Assembly (NCBI GenBank): GCA_013426015.1
Contig: CP058998.1
Coordinates: forward strand, 1,050,758 to 1,114,757
DNA: 64,000 bases
Origin: Candidatus Fermentimicrarchaeum limneticum
GTDB lineage: Archaea; Micrarchaeota; Micrarchaeia; Burarchaeales; Fermentimicrarchaeaceae
Reading direction: 5' to 3'
The stretch's first letter is position 1. The number at the start of each line of letters is the position of its first letter. Positions 26,867-36,692 of this stretch are shown here, in pieces. A model generated the notes under the pieces. The model worked only from the letters and a program-made list of their open reading frames with translations, had not been told where the DNA came from and did no database searches. The position numbers and the translations under genes were made by a program.

Positions 26867-27700
26867 GGACTTTATGAATTCTATAAGCGCGACCTGGCAG
26901 AAGATGCAGAAGCCCACCAGACCAATGATGAAACCTTCATTCACGGATATCCCCCCAAATGTCGACAGCACCACCAGTAACGTTATACCTAAGCTTGGGA
27001 CGGCAACAGAGATTATAATGAAGAGCAGCACCCACAGGTTAAGCTCGTAGGTGTATGACTTTATCTGGGAGTACTGGTACTGCTGCAAATTCTTTATGAC
27101 GCTCTTAAGGGCAGCCTGCAGGCTTGCTCCTGACCTGAAGGCAGTGAGCATCTGCCGTATCGTCCTTCTCAGGAACTCGGATTCCGTTCTTAGCGCCATC
27201 TTCTCCAATGCAATTTCTTGCATTTCCCCTGCGTTTATATCCTGTACTGTCCGGCGGAACTCCTTTGAGATTGTGCCATAGCCTGCCTTTGATATGTTCA
27301 CCATTGCATCGAATAGAGGAACTCCGGAGCTTATCTGCAGCAGCAAATCCTTCAGGGCGTATACCAGATCCCTGTCCACATCCTCCACTATCTTCCTTGC
27401 AAGGACGCGCGGGTAGTACATGAAGAAGGATAGGAATACGAAGAAAACCAGCAATGCCGAGAAAAACAGCCACTTGATCTCGGTTATAAAATCACGCATC
27501 TTTCCCAGGGATGAGAATGCGGTGCTGATCTGCTCGGAGGTTATGTTCCCCCTCGCATAGCTGAGGATGAAGAGCAGGACGAATATTGCAAGAGCCCAGA
27601 AAACCGCATTTAAAATCGAGACTGATATGTACTCTCCCTTGTCAACATCGCTCCCAACCATCTTCAAGTCGTATTCCAGACCAGGGACGACATAGCTCAT
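26843..27700 (-). CDS. Type IV pilus platform protein (T2SS F/TadB-like); may start at ATA 27778
   Basis: DLVYALKDLLLQISSGVPL, GYGTISKEF, SGASL, TM helices. Confidence 0.9.
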   Translation of the reverse strand: MSYVVPGLEYDLKMVGSDVDKGEYISVSILNAVFWALAIFVLLFILSYARGNITSEQISTAFSSLGKMRDFITEIKWLFFSALLVFFVFLSFFMYYPRVLARKIVEDVDRDLVYALKDLLLQISSGVPLFDAMVNISKAGYGTISKEFRRTVQDINAGEMQEIALEKMALRTESEFLRRTIRQMLTAFRSGASLQAALKSVIKNLQQYQYSQIKSYTYELNLWVLLFIIISVAVPSLGITLLVVLSTFGGISVNEGFIIGLVGFCIFCQVALIEFIKSRRPVAHT

Positions 27701-27788
27701 CTTGTTGCCTACCCCAGTAAAAGCTCTCCCAAAGCCTTTGGCAATCCTTTTCGGAATTATGAAGAAGAGAATCCTTATGCGAACACCC

Positions 27789-29552
27789 TCACAAAACTTT
27801 GTCTAAGGGAAGATTCTTCTCAGCAGCGCTCAGCACAACTTCTGGAGTTTTGTAATAAATCCCGACAACTCCTCCGACATCATCAACGCTCCTTATACCG
27901 TTCTTGCTCATCCAATCCAGAATCTTCATCTTATCACTAATATCCTTCGTTATCTCATCCTGGTTCATGCCGGTGTGCAGGTTCAAATCCTCAAGAACCC
28001 TCGTGCTCTCGTTCACCTTCTCGAATACGTCTGTCCTGGCCTTCCATTTGAACAAGGGATTGATGCTGACCGCCTCGACCGGCGATACCACCAGCTCGCT
28101 AATCTCATAAACCCTCCTTATCTCCTTCCTCCTGTCCCTGTATTGAACAACTATGAGCTGCAGCGTCTCCAGCTCGGTCATGGGCAGCTCTATTGGAGGA
28201 TGAGTCAGCCTCCTCAGCACCTGGGAAGCAGTATCTGCATGCATTGTTGAACAAACGGCATGGCCAGTGTGCATTGCCTCAAACAGGACTTCAGCCTCCC
28301 TTCTCCTCCTTATCTCTCCAACAACTATCCTGTCAGGTCTCATTCTCAGCGAAGCAAGCATGAGGTCAAGCATCCTGACAGCACCCTTCCCCTCTGGGTT
28401 TGCATTCCTCGTGGTCAGAGGCACCCAGTTCCATCTAAGATACTTGGGAAGGGACAGCTCTCTCGTATCCTCAATTGTAATCGTCCTGTTACTTGGCGGT
28501 ATAAGCGCGCACAGCGTGTTCAGGGTGCTCGTCTTACCGGAAGCAGTTCCACCAACTATGAGCGTGTTTATCTCGTACTGCATGCACAGCCACAGGAAGG
28601 CAGCCATCTCATTGGAAAGGGTGTTCATCTTCTGGCCAACAAAGTCAACAAGCGTCCAGGGGTTTCTTGAGAATCTCCTTATGGTTATCGTATTGCCGGA
28701 GCTTGAGACCGGAAATAAGGTTGCGTTTGCCCTGTCGCCCGTAGGCAGGTGCGCATCCAGTATGGGGGCGAGCAGACTTATCTCCCTCCCAGCCTTTCTC
28801 CCGATCTGTGCGGCATAGTTGTATATCTCCTCCTCGCTCTCCAATCTTAGGTTGGTCTTCATCCAGCCGAACTTCCTGTGATAAACAGATATGGGCTCTG
28901 AGGAGCCGTTGACTGCAACCTCCTCAAGCCAGTCGTCAGCCATGAGCATCTCAATGTCGCCAAGCCCGTACATCCTGTGCAGAAGAATTCCCGCAAGCAC
29001 CCTCCTCTTTCCCTCCTCAAGGGATGGTAGCTCCTCTGAAAGTTTGCTGAAAGCCGCGTTGTAGAACTTGTCCCTCACATCGGCAAACTTCCTCACGTCG
29101 CTTATCTCCTCGCTCTGAACGGTTATGACTCTCGCAAGCTCATCCCTCAGGTAATCCATGAAAACCTTGGTATACGGGCCGAGCTTCGGGGGGGATATCA
29201 AGTAGAGAGGCCTGCTCTCGCCCTTGATATCCATGATGTGGATGTTTGATGGAACGTAGTTAACCTCAATCTTGTAGCTTTCAACCACTTTTCCGGTTGC
29301 AGGTGCCTTGCTCTCATCAACAAGCTTGTTCTTCAGCTTCAGCTGCACTTTCTGCAGGATGTTTACAGGGTACATCACCTCAAGGATTCCCATGTCCTGC
29401 ATTATCTTGCCCAGTCGCTCGAGGCGGTTATGGTCAATGCCGAACCTGCTTGCAACTGCAGGCAGCTCTGCAGCCTGGTCCTTCTCAGAAGCCAGCGCCT
29501 CGCATATCTCGTCAAGTTTTGTCAAAATTACCTCAGAAGTTACTTCTGCCAT
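27789..29552 (-). CDS. Type IV pilus assembly ATPase (TadA/CpaF/VirB11 family)
   Basis: GGTASGKT, TIEDTREL, LRMRPDRIVVGEIR, MHTGH..STMHA. Confidence 0.95.
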   Translation of the reverse strand: MAEVTSEVILTKLDEICEALASEKDQAAELPAVASRFGIDHNRLERLGKIMQDMGILEVMYPVNILQKVQLKLKNKLVDESKAPATGKVVESYKIEVNYVPSNIHIMDIKGESRPLYLISPPKLGPYTKVFMDYLRDELARVITVQSEEISDVRKFADVRDKFYNAAFSKLSEELPSLEEGKRRVLAGILLHRMYGLGDIEMLMADDWLEEVAVNGSSEPISVYHRKFGWMKTNLRLESEEEIYNYAAQIGRKAGREISLLAPILDAHLPTGDRANATLFPVSSSGNTITIRRFSRNPWTLVDFVGQKMNTLSNEMAAFLWLCMQYEINTLIVGGTASGKTSTLNTLCALIPPSNRTITIEDTRELSLPKYLRWNWVPLTTRNANPEGKGAVRMLDLMLASLRMRPDRIVVGEIRRRREAEVLFEAMHTGHAVCSTMHADTASQVLRRLTHPPIELPMTELETLQLIVVQYRDRRKEIRRVYEISELVVSPVEAVSINPLFKWKARTDVFEKVNESTRVLEDLNLHTGMNQDEITKDISDKMKILDWMSKNGIRSVDDVGGVVGIYYKTPEVVLSAAEKNLPLDKVL

Positions 29553-29602
29553 GTTAAGAATTTTCCTTACTTAATATAAAAAGCTATTGTCTGCCCCTGC
29601 AT

Positions 29603-30766
29603 TTACTGTTTGTATAGTGACATGCTCCCACCTTGAAAGACGTGGGCTTCTTCTTTCATAGATGTTGCTACTGCAACATTTCCAGAAGCGTTACTTCCCC
29701 CTTGCCCAGGGGTAGCTCTTATGAGTATGTTAAGTGCGGAGTTCAAATCCCTATCTGTTGATAATCCACAATTGGGACAGTCGTATACCCTATTCCATAG
29801 AGTCAAACCATCTCTCATATTTCCGCACCTGCTGCACATCTTTGAAGTATCTCTCGGGTCTACAAACACCACTCTGCATCCAGCTCCTTCCGCCTTGTAT
29901 GCAAGCATGTTTGCAAACATATTCCACCCCGCATCGTTTATTTGCTTTCCGTAATTCTCTTCTGACATTTCTTTCGTGGCAAGCTCCTCCAGTGCAATGA
30001 TGGAATAATCATTTACCACTTGAGTTGAAATCTTGTGCAGGAAGTCTCTCCTGCAATCTGAAATTTTTTCATGCAGTTTAGCAACTCTTACCTTTGCTCT
30101 CTTCCTGCTGGTGCTGCCTTTCTTCTTCCTTGAGAACTTTCTTTGTATAAAGGCAAGTCTGTCTTCGTATTTCTTGAAATGTCTTGGGTTGTTTATTCTC
30201 ATACCGTTTGACAAGGTTGCAAATGTTTTTAGCCCCAAGTCAATTCCAACTGCCTCCCCCTTATTTTCTATTGGAATCTCTTCAGGTGTCTCAACACAGA
30301 AAATGGCAAACCACCTCCCAGATGATTCCCTTTTCAGAGTCAGGGTCTTGATTCTTCCAGTTATTTCTCTGTGCTTCTTTATTGCAATCTCACCAAAGGG
30401 AGTGATTTTGAGTTTCTTATCCAACCAAAACCCACATTCATATTGGGGGTAATGCAGACTCTTCATCCTGTCAAGAGACTTGAAACGCGGGAAGCCGCCT
30501 TTCTCTCCTTTTTTCTTCATCTCTATCTTCCTATGAAGGGCATCAACCAATCTATCAACAAGTTCTTGCCCTACCTGTGAAAACAAGCCGCTATCTTTAA
30601 CCAACTCTCTTAATGTTCTCTTTGTTGGGAATTTTCTATAGTTGTTATAAATCTCCTTTGTAAAAGAAAGCATTTCATTCCAGAGTTCCTTGGATACCCA
30701 CAAGTGCTTTTGCATTTCCTTTTCCTGTTTTTTGGAAGGGTAGATTCTGAATTTATAAGCTCTCAT
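29603..30766 (-). CDS. tnpB: TnpB RNA-guided endonuclease (IS200/IS605 family)
   Basis: MRAYKFRIYP HTH start, GFPRFK, RuvC GIDLG / ALEEL / DRDLNSALNI, Zn finger CSRC..CPNC. Confidence 0.95.
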   Translation of the reverse strand: MRAYKFRIYPSKKQEKEMQKHLWVSKELWNEMLSFTKEIYNNYRKFPTKRTLRELVKDSGLFSQVGQELVDRLVDALHRKIEMKKKGEKGGFPRFKSLDRMKSLHYPQYECGFWLDKKLKITPFGEIAIKKHREITGRIKTLTLKRESSGRWFAIFCVETPEEIPIENKGEAVGIDLGLKTFATLSNGMRINNPRHFKKYEDRLAFIQRKFSRKKKGSTSRKRAKVRVAKLHEKISDCRRDFLHKISTQVVNDYSIIALEELATKEMSEENYGKQINDAGWNMFANMLAYKAEGAGCRVVFVDPRDTSKMCSRCGNMRDGLTLWNRVYDCPNCGLSTDRDLNSALNILIRATPGQGGSNASGNVAVATSMKEEAHVFQGGSMSLYKQ

Positions 30767-30912
30767 AGACGTTATTTACGTTTGTTTTTGCCTTTATAAA
30801 CGTCGTGGAGGGGGGTAACTTTCCAGTGAAAGACTGAGATAACATATATTCTCTTTGTATAGCTCGCTTTCATCCCACCTCTGAAGAGCGTGGGGTTTCT
30901 CGCTCACTTCTG
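29617..30912 (-). mobile_element. tnpB-only IS200/IS605 (IS1341-like) element
   Basis: Left-end hairpin cccacgctcttcagaggtggg (30874-94) and right-end hairpin cccacgtctttcaaggtggg ending TCAC at 29617. No tnpA. Left boundary is approximate. Confidence 0.8.
30793..30827 (-). promoter_or_regulatory. Conserved 15-bp box plus TATA upstream of tnpB
   Basis: GGGTAACTTTCCAGT at 30813-27 (+ strand), TTTATAAA at 30793-800. Confidence 0.7.
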
Positions 30913-31114
30913 CTAATTTCCCTCCAGAAACCATAAGCTTTAAAAACAAAAGCAGCTCAAATTCCACCTAGCGACCAGTGAAAAAGATGAAATAATTAGC
31001 GCAGCTGGTCCCGTAGGGACAGGAATGGCCAGCGTTTGCAGAAAAGACAGTCCTGTTTTTCGCTTTCTTAGCTCTGCAAAGACTCCACTCCTTAATACGA
31101 AAATTGAAGAAATC

Positions 31115-33001
31115 TTGAAGGTTTTTACCATTCTCTTATTGTTGGAAGGAGTCGCCAGAGGAGCGCCTACCTACTCTGACAATTCCACAAACTCAACGCT
31201 TGCAGGAACTCCTGTGGAGCATAGGCTGAACTGGCAGGACGCGGTCGGGCTGAGCGGCTACATCTTCAGTTTTTACAATGGTTCAAACACAACCATAGGG
31301 TGTATCGGGACACTTGATTGCTCAATATATGAAACGGCAGGAACTTGCAGCAACTGCTCACAGTGTGAATGGGCTGTTGGAGAATCCACACCAACTGTGA
31401 TTTTATATGAAGACTTTGACCAAGCAGGCAACGGAGCAGACGAGTGGGGTATGACAGATTGGACGGAAGTGACAAGCACTACAACTTGCGTAAATGATGC
31501 CAATGACGACTGCATACGTTCAAACACCAACGACAACCCAGTATATTACAGTAGCGATATAAACGTGAGTGCTTGTGATGCAGGAACGCTTTGGGTTTCT
31601 GGATGGACTTATGATTATGCGTGTGATAGCGGGGAGGATTTGAGCCTTGGGGTATCAGCCAACTCTGGTAGTAATTGGAACTGGCAGGTTGTAGACTTGG
31701 GTTCAGGAGCAACAGGTTCGGGAACTTTTAATGTCACTTTGGGTGATACTAATATATCTTCAACTTTCAGGATAGGCTTTGACACAATCAGTGTGGATAG
31801 CGGAGAGTATTTTGACGCAGATAATGTGAGAATCGGTTGTGTTGCTGAAGGAGAAAGTATATGCTTAGAAATAGGGGGTGGTGTATGTTCTGCCTGCGAT
31901 ATTGGCGAGTGCAACACCAACTGCTCGGATGCGGGGTGTTCATTGGATACAATTGAATTGGTGAATGATACTTGGGTCGCCTTCACCTCTGGGATGTGCG
32001 AAACTCCGTATGCCGATTGCTGGAGTAACGTGACAAAACTGGTAAATTCAACTATCGGAGCAACGATAAAGTGGTGCGTGTACGCTAACGACACCTCAAA
32101 CAACTGGAATTCAGTGTCCTGCAACACGCCTTTCGAGTACATAACAACATCCGCAAAGAGGCTGTTGGTAGACTGGCATACAGCATCTGTAGTTAATTCA
32201 ACAGTCTGCACCTCTGAAATCCCCTGCCAGTACAACCATTACCAGAATTTCACAGCAAATGCAACTGTCCAATGTTCGACAATTCCAGCAAGTCTGTCCT
32301 GCGGCTCTGTTAGCGGAGGCATCAGATACAACAACAGTGGGACTACACCAGACACCCTCATAAGCACAACACCAGGTGCAACTCCGTTCTTTACAGATAC
32401 TAACCCCCGCTCATGTGGCTCCCTCTCCGATACTGATTCATGCACATTGAACTGGGTTGTAAATGCTTCTGGGACAGGACCGGATACGAGGACCATCGAC
32501 ATTAACTTCACTTCTGACCAGCCTGACACCTCGCAAAACGATACTGCTGATGCATACATAACCATACCCGAACAAATAGTAGGTTTCACAATAACCCTAC
32601 CGGGACAGAATCCAGTTTATGCGGAGGAAGGAGGGAATGCCACCGTTGATATAGAGTTCAATCTAACTGACGGAAATACTGCTAGCAATGTAATTCCGTG
32701 CCTTGCTGGGACTGCAACGTGCCAAGATCCATCTCCCATTTTCAGATTCGATAACACCGGAACTGCGACTTTGAGTTGGTATATATACCTTGACAGCAAC
32801 CTTCCGGCAAGCATGACTCTGAAAGGAAATACAACCAACAACCCAGTAGGGGCCGCAACGATAACGTCAAGCGGCTGGCTGGTTGCAAGCTCCATCGCCC
32901 CAAGCGGCTCTCAGAATGCCTGGCTGTGGACGGATTTTTCAGGTGCCAGCGTGAGCGATGCAACAAACAAGAACTTGGTATCCAACACAACATCATCGTG
33001 A
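31115..33001 (+). CDS. Secreted multidomain surface protein; C-terminal domain paralogous to 33103..33648
   Basis: TTG start gives a signal peptide (..VARGA). Cys-rich segments. C-terminal FTITLPGQ..GG..T.IEFN.TDG..PC....TCQ..IF...NTGT. Confidence 0.7.
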   Translation: MKVFTILLLLEGVARGAPTYSDNSTNSTLAGTPVEHRLNWQDAVGLSGYIFSFYNGSNTTIGCIGTLDCSIYETAGTCSNCSQCEWAVGESTPTVILYEDFDQAGNGADEWGMTDWTEVTSTTTCVNDANDDCIRSNTNDNPVYYSSDINVSACDAGTLWVSGWTYDYACDSGEDLSLGVSANSGSNWNWQVVDLGSGATGSGTFNVTLGDTNISSTFRIGFDTISVDSGEYFDADNVRIGCVAEGESICLEIGGGVCSACDIGECNTNCSDAGCSLDTIELVNDTWVAFTSGMCETPYADCWSNVTKLVNSTIGATIKWCVYANDTSNNWNSVSCNTPFEYITTSAKRLLVDWHTASVVNSTVCTSEIPCQYNHYQNFTANATVQCSTIPASLSCGSVSGGIRYNNSGTTPDTLISTTPGATPFFTDTNPRSCGSLSDTDSCTLNWVVNASGTGPDTRTIDINFTSDQPDTSQNDTADAYITIPEQIVGFTITLPGQNPVYAEEGGNATVDIEFNLTDGNTASNVIPCLAGTATCQDPSPIFRFDNTGTATLSWYIYLDSNLPASMTLKGNTTNNPVGAATITSSGWLVASSIAPSGSQNAWLWTDFSGASVSDATNKNLVSNTTSS

Positions 33002-33102
33002 TGGTATGAAAAGGAAAATCGAAATTCATGCTGAGAACGGGGAAACCCGTCTCAATTGTATAATATTTAAACGCCACAGGTCGGCGTCCGTGAGGTGGTA
33101 AA

Positions 33103-33648
33103 ATGGACCAATGGAAAAGAACCCTGCTGACAGCTACAGTGCTGATAGCGCTGGCTTCAGTAGTATATGCAGTCAAGTACACGACAACACTGACTTACTT
33201 CAACATTGCGACAGTGGAGTCCTTCACAGTGACTCTGCCGGGACAAGGTGCGGTTACAGCAACAACAGGTGGAGCATCAACTACCAACATAGAGTTCAAC
33301 TCTACTGATGGGACAGACAACTGCGTAGACCCATGCATTGCAAGCTCAGTCACATGCCAGGAGGCTGGTACGGCGATATTCGTGATAAGCAACACCGGTA
33401 CAGTAGCTTTGGATATGTCCGCGAACTTCTCGGCATCCCCGCCATCATGCGTCAAGGTTGGTGGATCCAACACTAGCAGAGCCGCAGCATGCACCGGAGC
33501 AATAATCGACACAACTCCAGTGACAATAATAGCAGACCTCGGACCAGGTTTGACTGCAAATTACTGGGAAGCAGCCAACTTCACTGCATGCACATCAGGA
33601 GACACAACCAGCAAGCTGCAGAGTGTAGGCGGAGTGCAGTCCAGCTAG
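33103..33648 (+). CDS. Small secreted beta-rich protein, candidate filament subunit
   Basis: GAGGTGG RBS, Sec signal (..VYA), 6 Cys, own TATA (TTTAAA at about 33066), T-rich tract downstream. Confidence 0.7.
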   Translation: MDQWKRTLLTATVLIALASVVYAVKYTTTLTYFNIATVESFTVTLPGQGAVTATTGGASTTNIEFNSTDGTDNCVDPCIASSVTCQEAGTAIFVISNTGTVALDMSANFSASPPSCVKVGGSNTSRAAACTGAIIDTTPVTIIADLGPGLTANYWEAANFTACTSGDTTSKLQSVGGVQSS

Positions 33649-33699
33649 ACAAAATACCTTCCATTTTGTTTTTTGGTAAATGAAAAAAGAGGTGGAAAG

Positions 33700-33861
33700 A
33701 TGCGGCAGATTGCCATCGTGCTGGAAACAGCACGGGAAGACATCGATACTCTGACCTCTGAGATAAAGACGAAGGTTGATGGGATAGGGAATGTGGAATG
33801 GGTAGGGTATCATGTCAAAAAATTGAGAAATGAAAGATTTGAAAAAAACTTTAGAAGGTGA
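33700..33861 (+). CDS. Small hypothetical protein
   Basis: ATG after GAGGTGG. Stop overlaps the next start. Confidence 0.45.
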   Translation: MRQIAIVLETAREDIDTLTSEIKTKVDGIGNVEWVGYHVKKLRNERFEKNFRR

Positions 33862-34985
33862 GATTGATGAAAAAAGAAGAAAAAAATAAACAGACCTTCT
33901 GGTACCTACTCTTGGCGGCTGTCGTAGTAGTTGTTTTGGCTGCGGCTTTCTTTACAATGCCAAAACCAGCCCCGGGCGGAGGAGGGACTCCACAGAATCA
34001 GACTGGTGGGGAACAACCAGAGCCAAATGCCACGCACCTTGTCGAACCCAAGATATACTCCCCATACTACGAGGGGCTTGAAAGTCTGGTTGAGGCTGAG
34101 ATGAATAAGACCACTATCAATGCGACAAGAGGCAACTACCTGCCGGCCGGAATGTTCCAGGAACTCCCGTCCTTCCCCGCAGATTTGTACCAGATGCAGG
34201 TCCTCTTCAAGTACTACCAGATGGGTAAAATAAGAAATCAAACAAATCTGGACAACAAGGAACTGGGACCGGCATACTGGAAGCAGCCTGAGTGGATTCC
34301 AACATTCATCAGCAACGGCTTGAACATAATCCAGCATCCGCCAACGGACACCTACTACTACGGCTGGGCGGAGTATGAGCTCATAAGCGCGAACCAGATG
34401 AGGAATAAGAATACAGGTGAGATAACGACATTCAAACCAGGGGTCGTTGCCACAGTGCTTTCGAATAAGACAATTGAGGTAAAAGTGCCAAGAGTAGGGG
34501 TTGAGGGATATTCAGTATACCCCTCTGATATGGTCATAATAGACGCACAGCCAGACAGTATGTTTGATGTATACACCGTGCTCTACTCCGGATGGTATGT
34601 GCAACTATATCAGGGAGTTAGACTTGCACCGGCATACCCTGCCTCTGGAGCGATTGAGGACTTCCAGCTCTTCCCAGATGGAACTAAATCAGTAACCCAG
34701 ACTCCGGATGATACGGCAAAATACATCAAGGTTGAGTTCGAACCCGAGCAGTTCGTCCTAGAGCCGAGCTTCCCACTCTTCAAAAGCGAGTGGGCCAAGC
34801 TGATAAGAATGAGGGTGACAGTGAACGAGAGCACTCCCAAAGGCAAGTACATAGTCGGCATGGACATAACGTCACCATCAAAAGAGTTCAATGACGATAT
34901 GCTCTGGGAGTACAAGACGGAATACAAAGTTGGAGGGTTCGGAATAGGAAGACCGTTCTTCAGGGTCTTCATACAGGTTGTCTAA
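33858..34985 (+). CDS. Membrane-anchored hypothetical protein with Ig-like C-terminus
   Basis: Basic N-terminus, one TM, Pro/Gly linker, TPKGKYIVG strand. Confidence 0.65.
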   Translation: MRLMKKEEKNKQTFWYLLLAAVVVVVLAAAFFTMPKPAPGGGGTPQNQTGGEQPEPNATHLVEPKIYSPYYEGLESLVEAEMNKTTINATRGNYLPAGMFQELPSFPADLYQMQVLFKYYQMGKIRNQTNLDNKELGPAYWKQPEWIPTFISNGLNIIQHPPTDTYYYGWAEYELISANQMRNKNTGEITTFKPGVVATVLSNKTIEVKVPRVGVEGYSVYPSDMVIIDAQPDSMFDVYTVLYSGWYVQLYQGVRLAPAYPASGAIEDFQLFPDGTKSVTQTPDDTAKYIKVEFEPEQFVLEPSFPLFKSEWAKLIRMRVTVNESTPKGKYIVGMDITSPSKEFNDDMLWEYKTEYKVGGFGIGRPFFRVFIQVV

Positions 34986-34997
34986 AAAGATGAGTGC

Positions 34998-36683
34998 ATG
35001 AAAATGGGGATTGAAAAACCAATCCTCCTTTCTTTCTTTTTGTTACTTTTGGCCACACCCATATCCGCAGAGGAAACCCGCACAACAACGCAGACATACC
35101 TCTTCATCGGGGAGGCGAAAGTTGAGGTGCGTGACCTTTCTCTGAGTTCCTACTCAGTCTACAAAGGCGCTTCGGTGGACTTCTCTGTCACGTTGAGAAA
35201 CTTCGGAACTGCATCAACAACGGCAACTGCAGAGGTTAAAATATACGATGCAGCGAACACCACGGTCGGAACAATATCCTACGATCCAGTGACCCTGGTT
35301 CCCGGACAGATAGTGACAATCCAGAAGACGTGGAGCGTGGGCTCTCTTCCGCTCGGCACATATCGAGCAGTTGCGCAGGCAAGCTATGAATCCAACCTCA
35401 CCAACACTTTTGAAAGGACCTTTTCAATAGTGCGGATTCCTTCACAGCCAAACCAGCCAACAGGGCAACTGTTCCCAGTAGTGCTCCCACCGGTGATAAC
35501 CCCTGTCGAGGGGAAAGCAGTCTTCCTCAAAACGACAGTCCTCAAAGAGCTTCTGGCGGGCGGGGGGGATGCCGATAGCATTTCACTCAAGAACATCGGT
35601 GAACAGATATTGAACATCACCTTCAGTTTTGAGGGAATACCCCAGGAATGGGTGACACTGCCTTCACATACAACTCTGCTGCTGCCGGATGAAACACGGA
35701 TTCTCAACTTTGGGCTTTCAATACCACTGGATACGCTTGCAGGAGACTATCTACTGAAGCTCAATGCTAATGGCGGAGCAAACTCAACGGATTTCCTGGC
35801 TTTGAGAGTCAGGAATTATCCTGAGGATTATGACAAGCCGATTGCTTTGAAGACAATAAGGATTGACGAGAAAGAGAGGAAGACCCTTGTCTCAATAGAC
35901 GTCAAGAACCCCTCTCAGAACACTATGGAAGTGCTCCAGGTTCAGGAGAGAATACCTGCGCTGGTGAGCGATGAGCAGATTGAGTTCGTAGACAAGCAGG
36001 GTAAAATAGTTCAATTGAACGGAGCGAAGATGATAGTATGGGAGCTGTCGGACGTCCAGCCAAGAGAGTCATTCCACATCTCCTATAATATAAAAGATTT
36101 CATCACAGACTACGCAACATACATGAATTGGCATATCTCACAGATTCTAGTCACTCAGAAAAGTACCACCGCGGATTTGGTTAAGATACTTGACATCACG
36201 TCATCAGGAATAAACGAGACGGGCTACGGCGAGGTTACTGCATCCCTGCTGTACGTTGGAATGAATCCAATACAGGTAACCCTGCTTCTAGAAGCCCCTC
36301 CGGAGTTAAATGTAGAGCCCGCAACACTCACAAAAACTCTCATCCCAAAAGGAGTTGTCTCAGCGACATTCAAGCTTAGCGCTCAAAAAGTAACGCAGGA
36401 CACCCATATGGTGAGACTGGTGGTGATTGGGAGTGATTTTACTACGTACATGGCAACGCCAGTCCTAGTCAAGAGGCAGGTATCGCCCCCGTCGTTCTCT
36501 CTGCTCTCGATACTAAGCCTAGACCAGATTGTTATCATCTCATCCTTGGTTGCATCTGCGGTAACGATATCGATAATATCATATAAGAGAATAAAGAGAG
36601 GGCACCCACCCGAGTACAGCCCCGAAAGGCTTAACTATCTCAAGAGTATTAAAGGAATGATGGTGAGCAAACCTAAAAAATGA
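34998..36683 (+). CDS. Ig-like (CARDB/NEW3-type) surface protein with C-terminal TM anchor
   Basis: Signal peptide, VTLRNFGT..LPLGTYRA, LKNIGE..AGDYLL, C-terminal TM. Confidence 0.7.
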   Translation: MKMGIEKPILLSFFLLLLATPISAEETRTTTQTYLFIGEAKVEVRDLSLSSYSVYKGASVDFSVTLRNFGTASTTATAEVKIYDAANTTVGTISYDPVTLVPGQIVTIQKTWSVGSLPLGTYRAVAQASYESNLTNTFERTFSIVRIPSQPNQPTGQLFPVVLPPVITPVEGKAVFLKTTVLKELLAGGGDADSISLKNIGEQILNITFSFEGIPQEWVTLPSHTTLLLPDETRILNFGLSIPLDTLAGDYLLKLNANGGANSTDFLALRVRNYPEDYDKPIALKTIRIDEKERKTLVSIDVKNPSQNTMEVLQVQERIPALVSDEQIEFVDKQGKIVQLNGAKMIVWELSDVQPRESFHISYNIKDFITDYATYMNWHISQILVTQKSTTADLVKILDITSSGINETGYGEVTASLLYVGMNPIQVTLLLEAPPELNVEPATLTKTLIPKGVVSATFKLSAQKVTQDTHMVRLVVIGSDFTTYMATPVLVKRQVSPPSFSLLSILSLDQIVIISSLVASAVTISIISYKRIKRGHPPEYSPERLNYLKSIKGMMVSKPKK

Positions 36684-36692
36684 GGCAGTTGT

